In this document: positions 62,211-64,000 of the stretch, one piece after another
Position numbering within the stretch: position 1 is the stretch's first letter
Layout: each line of letters opens with the position of its first letter
Assembly: GCA_028534125.1 (NCBI GenBank)
Contig: CM052817.1
Coordinates: forward strand, 9,860,001 to 9,924,000
Origin: Lama glama
Lineage: Eukaryota
Direction: 5' to 3'
Length of the DNA: 64,000 nt
Program-made: the position numbers and the translations under genes
Notes under the pieces: generated by a model
The model's input: the letters and a program-made list of their open reading frames with translations, nothing else
Told to the model about the DNA's origin: nothing
Database searches by the model: none

Positions 62211-64000
62211 ACCATGTGAATGTTTTACTTTTGATATTTGTACCTATATCTCAACAGAAAGTCAAGGAAGGTTTTTTGTTTGTTTTGTTTTTGTAAACAT
62301 TCTGTATAAAAAAAAATTCCTACTTGGTGTTCTGTTAAAAAACGAATTGGGCATGGCCGGGTGGAGGGGAGGGAGGGAGGGCAGAGGGAGAAGGGTAAGC
62401 AAAACACAGAAGGTCAAGGTCCCAGGGTGTTCTTGTGTGATAAGAGCTTGCAGGGGATGGTGTTTGGGGGAGGGTGTGTCTCAGTGAGATCTGAGCTGGT
62501 GGAAATTGTTCAGGGGTAGGATCTGTGGGCCTTTGAGTTCCAGTGGGGAATTTGATCTTGACTCTGAAGGTGTGGGAATCTGTTGGGAAGTTTCATGCAG
62601 GGAGGGCCATGGGCTGACTATTGTGTGGGAAAACAGGCAAAGACGAGATAGGAATCTGTTGCTGAAGTTCTGGGCAGGTTACTGAGAGCCTGAACTTACA
62701 CAGGGCGATGGGCAGGGACTCTGGACCCAGACTGCCTGGGTTTGTCTCCTGGCTCTGCCACCTAGTAGCTGTGTGGTCTTAGCCAGTTGTTTGACTTTAT
62801 GCCCCGATTTCCTGGCTGCAGGACAGGCCTAATGAGAGTGCCTACCTCATACACAGGTTATCAGAAGGGTTAACTGGGTTAACATCTGTTAAAGACTCAT
62901 GGCAGTGTCTGCACGTGGTGAGCACTGTCCTGTGTCTGGGGTTGCTGTGTTTGCTGTTCACTTTACCCAGGGCTGGGCACCCGACACATGACAGAGGCTT
63001 AATGCATCCCTGTGGGGTGATGGAGAAGGTATACAGTCCTGGGTGCCGGCTCATATTAGAGAAGGGAAGTGGCTATCCCCAGGCCACATGATTAGGGAGG
63101 TGATGGGCTGGCCTATGAACCCTGGTCTGTCTAGCTTCAAAACCTGCACTCCTGTGTGACCTAGCTGTGACCTAGCCTGGGGCCTGGTACTTAGTAGGAC
63201 CTCAGTGAGTGGTTTTGAAGTGAGTTGACTGAAATAAACATGCTCAGAGGTTAAATGACTTGCCCAGGGTCACACCGCTTGTCTTCCCAACTCCACACCC
63301 AAATCTCAGGACACTAGAAAGCAGGGCGGTCTAACTAGTTCTGTGGACGCTTGTCAAATTTGCTGCACTGAAATATTGAACTGAGTTCAAGATCAATCAG
63401 GCAGAAAGACCTCCTTGAAGGCGGGAGCGTGGAGGCAAAGACCTGCACGGCTCTGGGTCGTTCAACTTCAAAACTGCAACCGGGGCTGGCACTAGACTTT
63501 TACTGAGACAAGCTAGTTAGGTGGCACAGCTTAAAAACTGATGTTCACCATATTTGGGGATATAAAAATAAACCAAAAAAAAAAGTAGAATAAAACATTC
63601 TCAGAGCTGGAGAACGTCTCCTGCAGGGAAAGGTCTAGGGAGGCAGTTCTCCCTAAGGGACCATCAGTGTGGTTTCCCATCAGGAAGTGCGCCATGGACT
63701 CTGCGGAGCTTGACGGTCACTCTCTACATTGTGAGGCATTTCTTTTCCTTCCAGCATCATCACTGACGGACCTGACTTTAGGTAAACCTCAGTAACACAC
63801 CAGCCACTGTAAGGCACTAACCTGATAATGTTAGTTGTTCAAGACGGACATGAGGTTGAGAAAGGGGGCTTCGGCAGCCTGACAGGTCTCGTTTCAGATC
63901 TCAGCTCCATTATTTTCTGGCCATCAATCTCTGGGCACTTAACTCCTTTGAACCTTGTTGGCCCCATCAGTGAATGAGGATAGGGAAGAGTCCAGTAAAG

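Noticed and set aside
63868..63878. gcttcggcagc, resembling the U6 snRNA 5' end
   Set aside because: Only 11 nt match and the flanks do not continue.
19000..64000. FGFBP1/FGFBP2, expected downstream of CD38 by mammalian synteny
   Set aside because: No ORF with a signal peptide and FGF-BP cysteine pattern appears in the track; the genes presumably lie beyond the window.

Overview
Mammalian genomic DNA, very probably camelid (alpaca or camel), judging from the tRNA-derived SINEs and the young L1 3' ends. The only protein-coding gene I can support is CD38 (ADP-ribosyl cyclase/NAD glycohydrolase) on the + strand. Exons 2-8 lie between 3167 and 18238, all with GT-AG boundaries, and splice into one intact frame; exon 1 is upstream of the window. 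The remaining ~45 kb is repeat-rich intergenic DNA (L1, L2, MIR, MaLR/ERVL LTRs, microsatellites) with two 500-N assembly gaps. The most notable observations are: a TLENTL variant of the CD38 TLEDTL active-site motif; an altered N-glycosylation pattern; an internally deleted ERV-L (MER21-type) provirus with a PBS-Leu and a readable RT-RNaseH-IN relic; an orphan CCAAT/GC-box promoter-like element running into a gap; a strong CTCF motif; a dimeric ~103-bp tandem repeat; and a possible convergent non-coding exon chain. I found no convincing new multi-gene system. Repeat family names and comparisons with human CD38 come from recalled sequences, not from searches.
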